Assembly (NCBI RefSeq): GCF_006345805.1
Contig: NC_043004.1
Location: 37,634,001-37,698,000, forward strand
DNA from: Octopus sinensis
Lineage: Eukaryota
DNA: 64,000 nucleotides
Reading direction: 5' to 3'
This document shows positions 1 through 10,517 of this stretch, in pieces (within the stretch, counting starts at the first letter, position 1; each line of letters opens with the position of its first letter). The translations under genes and the position numbers were made by a program. The notes under the pieces were generated by a model, which saw nothing but the letters and a program-made list of their open reading frames with translations, ran no database searches and was not told where the DNA came from.

Positions 1-168
1 GCATGACTGGTGAGAAGGAGGAATTCGTAAATCTGTTTGCAAAAGAAGTTGGTCATACACTAAGTTTTCATTGGATCATAAACGAGGAGGATTGCAACAG
101 GTAATCGGAAGAAACTTCAGGAAGTGATGCAAACTGTTACCAAGGTTGTTAATTAGATTTCTGCTCGG
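1..168 (+). pseudogene. hAT (Charlie/SPIN, GTF2IRD2-like) transposase relic
   Basis: Reads MTGEKEEFVNLFAKEVGHTLSFHWIINEE then, after a frameshift, KLQEVMQTVTKVVN*ISAR. This resembles the FHCIIHQE...VVNFI region of Charlie-type transposases. It has a stop and a frameshift. Confidence 0.65.
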
Positions 169-184
169 GTAAAAAGATAATTTC

Positions 185-542
185 AAGGGTAAACGTAACT
201 CTAAACCCTAACCCTAACGTAAACTTAGAGTTAAGTTTACGCCTAAACCTAAACCCTAACCCTAACCCGGCGGAGGTAAACAATACGCACACCACCCGTT
301 TTCGGCGTAACCTTATATCTAACCCTAAACACTAACGCTAACCCACGGAGGTAAAAAACACTCACACCATCCGTTTTCGGCGCAACCTTCTCAAACCCTA
401 AGACCTAACACTAAACCGGCGGAGGTAAAGGGCACGCACACCACCCGTTTTCGGCGTAACCTTAACTCTAACTCTAAACCGTAACCCGGCGGAGGTAAAG
501 AATACGCACAACAACCGTTTTCGGCGTAACCTTAAGTCTAAA
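185..542. repeat. Telomere-like satellite, left arm (55-75 bp unit)
   Basis: About 4 copies of core GGCGGAGGTAAAGAACACGCACACCACCCGTTTTCGGCGTAACCTT separated by variable CTAACC/CTAAAC runs. The same array resumes at 5921. Confidence 0.9.
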
Positions 543-772
543 TGTTATGTGTAGTTTGGGTTCTAATGGGATAGACAACTCAAATGAAAGCCATTGTTAT
601 TGTTTTACGTGTTTATTTACTTTTCATGTTACACGAACTGTCAACATTCAGCGTAGTGATACATATATACTTTAGACACAGTTCGTACTGTTACTAACAA
701 AATAGTGCCAAAAGTGGAGATGTATTCTACACACGTATACCTACGTATACACATAGATATGAATGTGTAACA
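543..772 (-). repeat. 3' LTR (230 bp)
   Basis: TGTTATGTGTAG...GTGTAACA, about 97% identical to 5692-5920 (5 substitutions and 1 indel by eye). Confidence 0.95.
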
Positions 773-784
773 TCCCTTCTTCTT
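773..784 (-). other. Polypurine tract
   Basis: AAGAAGAAGGGA on the minus strand directly abuts the 3' LTR. Confidence 0.85.
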
Positions 785-958
785 AAAAAAAAATAAAGGG
801 GTCTTTTGGCAGTGAAGACAAATATAAGTAGTCTCCCTTACTCTAATGGATTGTTAGCGCGAGGTGGCAATCCTGCAGCAGAAATCGTGAGATTATTCTG
901 CCTCTGCTTTGTAATCTAGCTGAATTAGTTATCTTTTCATTTTCTTTTTTTTTTTTCC

Positions 959-3900
959 TTAACGGTATCGAACCGGTGGCAGAATGTTCTTTCTCCATCT
1001 GGTGGATCTTGTGCTTCGCACCGGTGTCTGAGGTGTATTGTTGGGCTGCTGATGGGTTGTTGGTGCCCGTTGGGGTGATAATTCTGTGGGTGTTGTCACT
1101 GATGCAGCAGGTGTTGTACACGTTGTCCTCGACAGCTTTGGTGTTGGGCGGATGTTGACCCTGTTGCGTCTCAGCTGCCCACCAGATTCCGTTTCTATTA
1201 TATATGATCTTGGAGTTTCAGCTCTACTGACGACCTGTGCTGGGATCCATGTTTTAGTTGTGGGATCTTGAGAATGCACATGCTGTCCTCCAAGTATCTC
1301 AGGTAAGTATTGTGCATGTTTGTTGTTATATTTCTGTGATTGTTCTTGATTGGCTGCTAGCTTTGCCCTTGTCTCTTCCTGGTCAATAGGAGGTTGGATC
1401 TTAGTTGGCAGGGTAGTTTTGTACTTCCTGCCATTCAGCAATTCTGCTGGGGATTTCATGTCAGCTCTCAGTGGTGTCGCTCGTAGGGACAGAAGTGCCA
1501 GGTGTGGGTCTTCCTTAGTCTCTCGGCATTTGACTAGTGTTCTCTTCACTGTCTGCACCTGTCTTTCTATAAACCCATGGCCTTTGGGGTAGTGTGGAGA
1601 TGAGGTTGTAATATTGAACCCATACTCATCGGCTAGCTTTTTGAATTCTTGCGATGTGAACTGGGTTCCATTGTCACATATGATCTGCTCTGGTATTCCT
1701 TGCTCTACTAGAAGTCCTCGAGCCACTGTAGTGAATGTTTTGGCTCTCAGGTCTTTCACTTTTCTCACAAATGGAAATTTTGATTAGTAGCAGGCCATTA
1801 TCAAATACCATTCTTGGCTCTCTGTGAACAGATCTACTCCAATAGTTTGCCATGGCCTTCTTGGGATGTCACTAGATATCATTTCCTCCTTTTGTTGTGA
1901 GTTTCTGTACTTTTGACAGATGTGGCATGTAGAAACTGTCTTTTCTATGTCTTTGTACATGCCTACCCAATATACTGCTGACTTGGCTCGGAGCTTGCAT
2001 TTCTCCATTCCGAGACACCCTTGGTGGATCTTGTCAAGAATCTCTTTTTGCATTGACTTGGGTATAATTATTCGTGATCCAGCCATCAAGATTCCATTCT
2101 CCACTGATATATCATCATGGATGGCCCAATATTCACGAATGAGGGGCTGCACCTGATGTTTCTTCTCTGGCCACCCCTGAATAAGGAGCTGGAGTTCTTC
2201 ATCTTTGCTGGTCTCCTCTTTGATTTCTGCTAGCTTTGTAGTCGTTACATTTATAATGTGGTGGACCTTTATGCTTAGTCCTTCCATCTCCTGTTTATCA
2301 TGTGCGGATAGTCTGGAAAGAGCATCCGCCAATATCAGGTCTTTTCCTGGCTTGTACCTGATATCATAGTCGTATGTTTGAAGCCTTAACAGTAATCTTT
2401 GCAGTCTGGCTGGTGCTTTCGTAAGGTTTTTCTTATGTATTTGTTCTAGCGGGTGATGGTCTGTTTCAATATTGAAATGTCTGCCATACTGGTATGTATG
2501 GAACTTTTCACATCCATATACTACTGCCAGGAGTTCCCTTTCAATATTTGCGTACCTTGTCTCTGTGGGTGAGAGAGCTTTCGAGGCATATGCAATGGGT
2601 TTACCTTCCTGTATCAGTGCTGCGCCAACTCCTCTCATAGAAGCATCGACTTGGAGTATTATTGGTTTGCGTCTGTCATAGTATTGCAGAGTTGTCTCCT
2701 TACTGACGAGCTTTTTGATTGTTTTGAAATCCTGTGTGTGTGAAGCACACCAATCAAACTCTACGTCATCTTTGTTTAGCTCTCGGAGATTTGTAGTGTG
2801 ATCGGCCAGCTTGGGTATGAAGGCTCCCATGTAGTGAATGAGTCCCAGGAAGCTCCTGAGTTCCTTCTTGTCTTTGGGTTCTTTAATGTCTCTGATGGCT
2901 TCCACTTTAGCGGGGTCTGGTTTAACTCCCTCTGCAGAGTATATAATTCCAAAGAATTTGCACTCCTTTGCTTTTATCACACACTTGTCTGCATTGAGTT
3001 TGATGCCTGCTTGGGTTTTCTCCATAGCTTCATGTAAATTGAAGTCATTTGTGGTTTCATCCTTGCTATGCACTTGGATGTCATCTGCTATTCCAATTGC
3101 TCCCTTGCAGCCTTGGTAGGTCTCATCTATTTGGCGCTGGAAAACATCTTGGCTCACCTTCAATCCAAATGGGAGTCGGTTGAATCGATATCTGCCAAAT
3201 GGTGTGTTGAAGGTAGTGAGCATGGATGACTCTTTGTCTATCTTTACATTCCAGTACCCATTACTGGCATCCAGTTTGCTGAATAATTTGGACCCAACCA
3301 ATGATGATGTGATTTCTTCAAGGGTTGGAATTGGATGGTACTCTCTTCTTAATGCCTTGTTCAGGTCCCTTGGGTCGGGGCATATCCGTAGGGTACCATT
3401 GGGTTTTTCCTTGATTACAATTGAATTCACCCAGTCTGTTGGTCGTGTCACTTTGGTGATTATTTCTTTTTTTTCCATTCTGTCAAACTCTGTCTTCAGC
3501 TTCTCTTTTAGTTCTAGAGGGACGCGGCGAGGTGGGTGAACAATTGGTTTGATATTGGGGTCGACTGTTATATGGTATCGACATTTCACAAAGCACCAGA
3601 CTGTATCGTCAAAGCATTCAGGGTACATGCTTATCAGTTCTTCTTTGTTTGTAATTGATGGTCGGTCTTTGACAGGCATATCTCTGTCAATCCTGCTCGG
3701 AGCTGCCTTCACTTCTCCATTGATTGACACAATATTTAGCTTTTTGCAGGTATTGAGTCCAAGAATTGCTGGTCCTTCTGTTCTTGTGACATAAAAAGAA
3801 CACTTGATTGTTTTTCCTTTGTGTGTCCCTGTGATTGTTGTTTTACCCAGTTGTGGAATCCTGGTACATCCGTACGCAGTGAGGATTACATCACTTGGTG

Positions 3901-4046
3901 TGAGGATTCCTTCTTTGACTTTATCCTCTTGTGTTATGTGTTCTGGGAACATCTTTTTGTAGAGGTTAACAGGCAAGATATCACTCTGGGCTCCAGTGTC
4001 AATCTTTAGCCTTAAGTCTATGTTTGTTCGTTTCTTGCCAGACTTC
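959..4046 (-). pseudogene. Gypsy pol (protease, RT, RNase H, integrase), frameshifted
   Basis: ORF 1784-4102 has protease IDTGA, RT IADD, RNase H VDAS and the integrase HHCC-like region. ORF 959-1768 has the integrase core CDNG...IERQ. There is a frameshift or deletion near 1770-1790. Confidence 0.92.
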
Positions 4047-4640
4047 TGAAACGAACTTATGTGTGTGAATATCCTCGTGCACTTTTGGGGTGCACAAAGC
4101 AATCACTCACTAGCCGTTGCTTTAATAATCCAGATTCTCTACAAGTCAGAAACAACAAGACGCAGACGTGAAATATATATATAACTACTTTATTCTCTTT
4201 CTTGGTAACAATAACAATAAGCGTGTTATCTGATGTCCTTGATTCTGGGCGCGCACCGCTATAAGTTAATAGATTGTAATATTTACAATGTCCAGCCCAA
4301 AAACAGAAACGGATTCAAGATGGCGTCGAACAGGGAAATTGAATGTGGTCGGCAACAATTTGGTAAGGACTGCTAGAAGCTAGTTCCAACGGAGAGAAAA
4401 TATATCGCGTGACGTCGCCTTCAATCGCTGGGTCCCAAGTTCCCGCTTGCTGCTGCTAGTGGTCAAACGTTCTACGACCCCCTTGCCTCGCTAACCACCA
4501 CGATAGGCAAGCGGGTCGTGCTTCCGGTGGTTCGCGCATGCGCGAGAGGGGCCTTCCTTTCTGTGCCTTGGTAAAGGCACCAACACGCGCGAAATACAAA
4601 TGGACCGTGCGCGAGCGCGCGCCGTTGTAGGATCACTACA
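4047..4640 (-). mobile_element. Solo LTR (594 bp) nested in the gag-pol junction
   Basis: Minus strand TGTAG...TTTCA, 4-bp TSD CTTC (4043-4046, 4641-4644), AATAAA on minus at 4189-4194. Removing it restores EAYTTIRIQKKSGKKRTNIDLRLKIDTGA in the pol frame. Confidence 0.85.
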
Positions 4641-5564
4641 CTTCTTTTGTATTCTTATCGTTGTGTATGCCTCATTTTTTTCTGGTCGTCATTTCCCATG
4701 TCATGCACATTTATTGTGCCGACTGCCAAGAATTCCTCCTCTGAGGTGTTTTGTTCTTGTTGTTGGGCATGTATATCTCTTCTTCTATTTCGGCTCCTCT
4801 TTGAAAATTGGGGCTTGTTTTTCTGGGATTTTATTAGCCTACACATTTTTTCCCAGTGGTTGGGTTTTCCACATGCTTTGCAGTGTGTACCGAATGCAGG
4901 ACATTTCTTCCAGTTATTGAATTCATGCTCTGTACCACAGTACTGGCATGTTTTTTGTTTGCGGGTATGTTTCGTCCTGTGCCTAGATACAATATCTACA
5001 CTGCTGCTTAGTGAGCTTGTTTGTAAGGTAAGTGAGGTCATTTGTTTGGTAGTGGCTTCGAATACTCTTGCAGTGTCTACTGCTTCTATCAACTGGAGAG
5101 CGTCCTTACCTATGATGGATTTCTGAACTTCTTTATGAGCACACCCCCATATTAATTGATCAACAATTCTTTCGTTCTTATCTTTGAATTTGCATTTTAC
5201 GGCAACATTCCTTAGTCTGGACAGGAAATTGTCAATCGTTTCTTGTGGATCTTGTTTCAGGCCCTGGAATTCGTATCTCTGAATTCTATGGTTCGATCTG
5301 GTGCCTTTCAAATTTCTCTAAAAGTGTGTCTGGGTTATTGCAATCCGATTCTGACATGTCCCAGCTATTGAATAAGTCTAGACCTTTTACGCCCGTCCAT
5401 AAAAGGATATAGCTTACCTTTTCATCTTCAGTTGTGCCTTTCAGGAAACTTTTGAAAGCTAGTTGAGTTTTCTGCTTGAATTTCTTAAATGCTTCCACGA
5501 TATCATCGGAGTCCCAGTTCATGATCGGATGTAGATTCATCTGTACGGCGACGGGGGTCGTCAT
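4641..5564 (-). pseudogene. Gypsy gag, split by a frameshift
   Basis: ORFs 5286-5564 and 4655-5311. Contains the CKACGKPNHWEKMC (CX2CX4HX4C) knuckle and a Mag-type QETIDNFLSRLR segment. Confidence 0.88.
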
Positions 5565-5678
5565 TTTGGATCCTCGTGTATGTGTGTGTCCGAAGACGAA
5601 GCGATGTTTTGTTTGTTAAATTTCTGGTTCGTTGTGTTTCTGTTTTGTTGTAAAGGCACAGTTTCCGATTAATTATTT

Positions 5679-5691
5679 ACCGCTGCCACCA
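5679..5691 (-). other. Primer-binding site, complementary to tRNA-Leu 3' end
   Basis: Minus strand TGGTGGCAGCGGT abuts the 5' LTR. Plus strand ACCGCTGCCACCA matches the recalled 3' end of metazoan tRNA-Leu(AAG/TAG) plus CCA. Confidence 0.8.
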
Positions 5692-5920
5692 TGTTATGTG
5701 TAGTTTCGTTCTAATGGGATAGACAACTCAAATGAAAGCCATTGTTATTGTTTTACGTGTTTATTTACTTTTTATGTTACACGAACTGTCAACATTCAGC
5801 GTAGTGATACATGTATACTTTAGACACAGTTCGTACTGTTACTAACAAAATAGTGCCAAAAGTGGAGATGTATTCTACACACGTATGCCTACGTATACAC
5901 ATAGTTATGAATGTGTAACA
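5692..5920 (-). repeat. 5' LTR (229 bp)
   Basis: Direct repeat of 543-772, adjacent to the PBS. Confidence 0.95.
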
Positions 5921-6914
5921 CTAAACCTAAACCCTAACGCTAACCCACGGAGTAAAAGAACACGCACACCACCCGTTTTCGGCGTAACCTTCTCTAACCC
6001 TAAACCCTAACGCTAACCCACGGAGGTAAAGAACACGCACACCACCCGTTTTCGGCGTAACCTTCTCTAACCCTAAACCCTAATCCTATTCCGGCGGAGG
6101 TAAAGAACACGCTCACCACCCGTTTTCGGCGTAACCTTCACTCTAACCAAGCAGAGGTAAAGAACACGCACACCACCCGTTTTCGGCGTAACCTTAATTC
6201 TAACCAAGCAGAAGTAAAGAACACGCACACCACCCGTTTTCGGCGTAACCTTCTCTAACCCTAAACCCAAATCCTAACCCGGCGGAGGTAAAGAATACGC
6301 ACACTACATGTTTTAGGCGTAACCTTAAATCTAACCTTAAACACTAACGCTAACACACGGTGGTAAAGAACATGCACACCACCCATTTTAGGCGTAACCT
6401 TAACTCTAACTAGTCAGAGGTAAAGAACACGCCGTTTTCGGCGTAACATTCTCTAAACTTAAACCCTAGCCCTACACCGGCGGAGGTAAAGAACACGCAC
6501 AGCACACGTTTTCGGCGTAACATTCTCTAAACCTAAACCCAAATCCTAACCCGGAGGAGTTAAAGAATACGCACCCCACCCGTTTTTGGCGTAACCTTAA
6601 ACCTAACCCTAAACACAAACGCTAACACACGGTGGTAAAGAACACACACACACCACCCGTTTTCAGCTTAAGTTCAACAGGCAGAGGTAAAGAACAGGCA
6701 TACCAACCGTTTTCGGCGTAACATTCTCTAACCCTAAATTGTAACCCTAAACCCAAGGAGGTAAAGAACACGCACACCACCCGTTTTCGGCGTAACCTTA
6801 ACTCTAACCAGGCAGAGGTAAAGAACACGCATACCACTCGTTTTCGGCATAACATTCTCTAAACCTAAACTCTAGCCCTAAACCGGTGGAGGTAAAGAAC
6901 ACGCACACCACCCG
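5921..6914. repeat. Telomere-like satellite, right arm
   Basis: About 15 more copies of the same core with variable CCCTAA-like linkers. Confidence 0.92.
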
Positions 6915-7430
6915 TTAGGCGGAGATAGGCAGGGATAGAGATTGGCGGAGTTTGCCGGAGTTTGTTGGAGATTAGCGGAGTTTGCCGGAGATTGCCGAAG
7001 TTTACCGGAGACTACTGGAGATTGCCGTACATAGACGGAGATTGCCGAAGATAGCCGGAGATTGCCAGAGATAGCTGGAAATAGGCGGAATAGCAATTTG
7101 GGAGATTTCCCAATAATGCTGGGTGTTAAAACACCTGGGAGAGTGAGTTAGAGTGAGATAGGCAGAGACAGAGTAAGATAGATGGATATAGAGTGAGATA
7201 GGCGGAGATAAGAGTGAGATTGGCGGAATTTCCCAGAGATTACCGGAGTTTGCAGGAGATTGGTGCAGTTTGCCGGACATTGCAAGAGTTTTCTGGAGAT
7301 TGCCGGAGATTGACGGAATAGCATTTTGGGAGATTTCCCAATAATGCTGGGTGTTAAAACACCTGGGAGAGAGTGAGATAGATTGAGATAGGCGGAGATA
7401 GAGTGAGATAGGCGGAGATAGGGTGAGATC
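6915..7430. repeat. Purine-rich minisatellite (about 11-bp GGAGATTGCC/GGAGATAG units) with about 238-bp higher-order duplication
   Basis: Block GGGAGATTTCCCAATAATGCTGGGTGTTAAAACACCTGGGAGA occurs at about 7100 and about 7338, each preceded by runs of the short unit. Confidence 0.85.
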
Positions 7431-8095
7431 CATCCATCCATCCATTCATCCATGCATCCAAATTCAAACACACAAATAATTTCTAACAGGTATTTTGTTT
7501 TAAACTAATAATTATCCCTCCATCCCTCCATCTATCCATCAATCCATCCATCCATCCAAATTCAAACACACAAATAATTTCTAATAGGCATTTTGTTTTA
7601 AACTAATAATTATCCATCCATCCATCCATCCATGCATCAATCCATCCATCCAAATTCAAACACAAATAATTTCTAATAGGAATTTTTGTTTTAAACTAAT
7701 AATTATCCATCCATCCATCCATCCATCCATCCATCCAAATTCAAACACACAAATAATTTCTAATAGGCATTTTGTTTTAAACTAATAATTATTCATCCAT
7801 CCATCCATTCATTCATGCATCAATCCATCCATCCAAATTCAAGCACACAATTTCTAACAGGTATTTTGTTTTAATCTAATAATTATCCATCCATCCATCC
7901 ACCCATTCAAATTCAAACACACAAATAATTTCTAACAGGTATTTTGTTTTAAACTATTAATTATCCATCCGTCCATCCATCCATCCATCCATACAAATTC
8001 AAACACAGATAATTTCTAACGGGCATTTTGTTTTAAACCAATAATTATCCATCCATCCATCAATCCATCCATCCAAATTCAAACACACAAATAAT
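7428..8095. repeat. About 80-95 bp tandem array, (CCAT)n plus constant block
   Basis: 7 full copies and 1 partial copy of CAAATTCAAACACACAAATAATTTCTAAyAGGyATTTTGTTTTAAACTAATAATTAT, separated by variable (CCAT)n. Confidence 0.92.
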
Positions 8096-9030
8096 ATCTT
8101 TTCCCACTCCAACACAGTGGTTTTCTTTGTTGCCAAAATTTTCAAAGGCAAAAAAAGGAAAAAGAGTTCAACAAAAGTTCAAAGTTCTAAATAAAAGTCC
8201 CAATGAACAGAAAGACAGAGCAGAGAAAAGAACGAAGGAAGACAGTTCAATCAATGGCAACACAGTTCTGCAACTCTGGTAATCCTAACGAAAGAGGGTA
8301 CTCCAGTCGCCGCACAATTGGTCCTTTCTACCTTGGTACTCTGTGGTAAATTCAGTGGAAAAAACAAGCAAACAAATTAATTTTTGTGGAGGGCTACGCC
8401 TCCTCAAAAACACAATTCTCACTGCAAAGTGAGTCTTTATGCACGACCACAGGCAGGCAAATGTTTGGAGCAGAGTGAAGACTGTTGCTCACCAAAAAAA
8501 ATATTTAATACAGGGCAACAAACTCCATTAAGTCCTCAAAAGTATACAACAAACACCTATCTGTAGTCGAGCTTCAAAAGTTCAATTTTTCACGAACGAT
8601 GTGACTTCTTCGGTGTACAACACAATAGCACGTGCGTACACCAACAACAAAGAGCCATGGGAAGTCTCAAAGCCTGATGGGAAGCAAAGCTACTTACCAC
8701 ACAACCACTCCTACGCCTATGGTAGTAAGTAAATGTGTTTTAAAAAATTTTTTCCAAAAACTCAGTTTTTAGGGAAAAAATGTTTGACTGTGATGTGAAA
8801 GTTACTTGTACAGAGAAATTGTATTGGAAAGTATGCGTAAAATTGAAGGGGGAAATAAATAAAGTGACAGGTATTTGTATGTATGTGTGTATTTGTATGT
8901 ATGTATGTATTAGTGTGTATTGTGTCTCTATATATATGGTAGTAAGTAAATGTGTTTTACTAACAGTCAGCCATTAGTAAGGACCATTAGTAAGGAGAGA
9001 CACACAAATAAGAAAGAAGAAAGCAAAGGA

Positions 9031-9070
9031 CCACTGATGAGGTCACAGAAGTGTGACGAAAGAAATCTGG
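9031..9070 (+). ncRNA. Hammerhead-ribozyme-like motif (minimal type I, degenerate stem III)
   Basis: CCA-CTGATGA-G-[GTCACA GAAG TGTGAC]-GAAA-GAAA-TC-TGG: core boxes, perfect 6-bp stem II and 3-bp stem I. Confidence 0.5.
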
Positions 9071-9251
9071 CTGAAATAAGATTAAGATTAATGTAAAAAA
9101 TAAATAAAGCTGAAGCAAATTAACACCAAATATATAGTGCGTGTGTTTTTATTGGCTAAACTTGCAAAATGTCCATTCCTAAATACAACATCTGTTTTAA
9201 CACACGATTTCACATCAAGAATCTTGCAAAACAAATATATAAAGTGACATA

Positions 9252-9252
<1 letters not shown>

Positions 9253-9312
<60 letters not shown>

Positions 9313-9313
9313 G

Positions 9314-9358
<45 letters not shown>
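9253..9358. repeat. (TA)n/(TATG) microsatellite
   Basis: Direct reading. Confidence 0.95.
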
Positions 9359-10398
9359 TGTTACGACCTGCCGTCGCTCGAACTCGAACCCGGGATCCCA
9401 ACAAGTCGAGCAACGACGATTGACCAACTCGATCGATCGGGAAAGTTCACCACACAGAGAGAACTCGGTGGGGATGGCAGCGGCGACCGGCAACCACCTC
9501 CGGAGAGAACAACAACAACAAACAGCAGCAGGAAGAGACACAGAGAGGGATACAAAGGCAATCGGCTACATTTAACAACTAGTTTATATGACTATTACAA
9601 CAAATACAATGTGATACATCAGGTACATCAAGGTAAATACAAGCAACAGAATCAACAGCATGCAGATGCAATATAACAACAGCATTTAAGAAAACACATG
9701 CAAGAAACAGGTATACAATGTTCATGTCACAAATAATTCACGTTACAAATCAATGTTCAAATCCAATTAAAACAAATAACGTTCACAGTTCTTTAAAGTC
9801 TTTAAAGACTACATCAGAGTCTTTCTTTTCCACAACAATTCTGAACATAGATACCACAACTCGATAATCAACACATCAACAAGTTCTTTACTCAATTCAC
9901 ATTGTTCAGTTCTTTAGCATTTCTTTTGCCTTTTAGCACTGTTCTTTGTTTTTCTCTCTTTCTTTTACATAGGTAACACAACTCAAAACATAATTAAACA
10001 CATACTGTCAACAACAGCCAAAAGACACTGTAGTCCCTCTCTATCGCTGCTTAGTCCTATGTGTATGTCTTCCTCAACCCCTCATCCTCTCACTGTCTCG
10101 CCTGTCAGCTCTCATGACTGTGTGTCTGTCTTCCTCCTTCAGTACACCGTCCAGCAGAACAACCACTGCTAACTCAATGAATCCCAGCTGCCAACTGCCT
10201 TTCATTTCTCACAGCAGAAACAACCTGTTACTCACTTGCTCTGTCCTCGACTGCCTAACAGACTCACATCTCTTTGCTTTTTAAGGGGTTTCCTCGAACT
10301 TTCCTTGACCGGCACAAGGCCAAAGGTCCCCTAAAAGCTCATTACTCCTTTGTGAATCTGACAGAACAATGGATTTATTCCAAAGTAGGTCGTAATCA
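9359..10398 (-). mobile_element. Probable solo LTR (about 1.04 kb)
   Basis: Termini TGTTACGACCT and AGGTCGTAA(T)CA form an 11-bp inverted repeat with one extra base and TG...CA ends. No coding signal. TSD not resolved because the left flank is (TA)n. Confidence 0.55.
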
Positions 10399-10517
10399 AC
10401 TGTCCTTAAATTGAACTCACAATAATATGTATATATATATATGTATATATATATGTATATATATATATGTATATATATATGTATGTATATATATATATAC
10501 ACACATACATATATATA

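Larger units (their letters stand above)
543..5920 (-). mobile_element. Full-length decayed Ty3/Gypsy LTR retrotransposon (Mag-like)
   Basis: Two TG...CA LTRs (543-772, 5692-5920), 5-bp TSD CTAAA (538-542, 5921-5925), PBS and PPT, gag zinc knuckle, and PR-RT-RH-INT order. Confidence 0.95.

Noticed and set aside
4047-4102. MLCAPQKCTRIFTHISSFQ as the genuine pol N-terminus
   Set aside because: These residues come from the inserted solo LTR.
4670-4685. Programmed -1 frameshift between gag and pol at the A7 run
   Set aside because: It is not a canonical X XXY YYZ site in the gag frame, and Mag-type elements usually have fused gag-pol. A one-base deletion or assembly error is simpler, though not excluded.
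4600-5126. Plus-strand ORFs of 106 and 159 aa
   Set aside because: They are antisense shadows of gag with no recognisable motifs.
185-6914. True telomere or chromosome end
   Set aside because: CCCTAA hexamers are short, degenerate and interleaved with a constant core. Other sequence lies on both sides.
185-8095. CRISPR-like look of the regular 55-95 bp arrays
   Set aside because: The 'spacers' are simple-sequence variants of each other rather than unique. There are no cas genes and the context is eukaryotic.
9169-9676. YIYIYI/poly-N ORFs (also 10281-11136, 31694-32134, 36987-37256, 40182-40604, 44394-44666)
   Set aside because: They are translations of (TA)n, (AAT)n and (TTG)n microsatellites.
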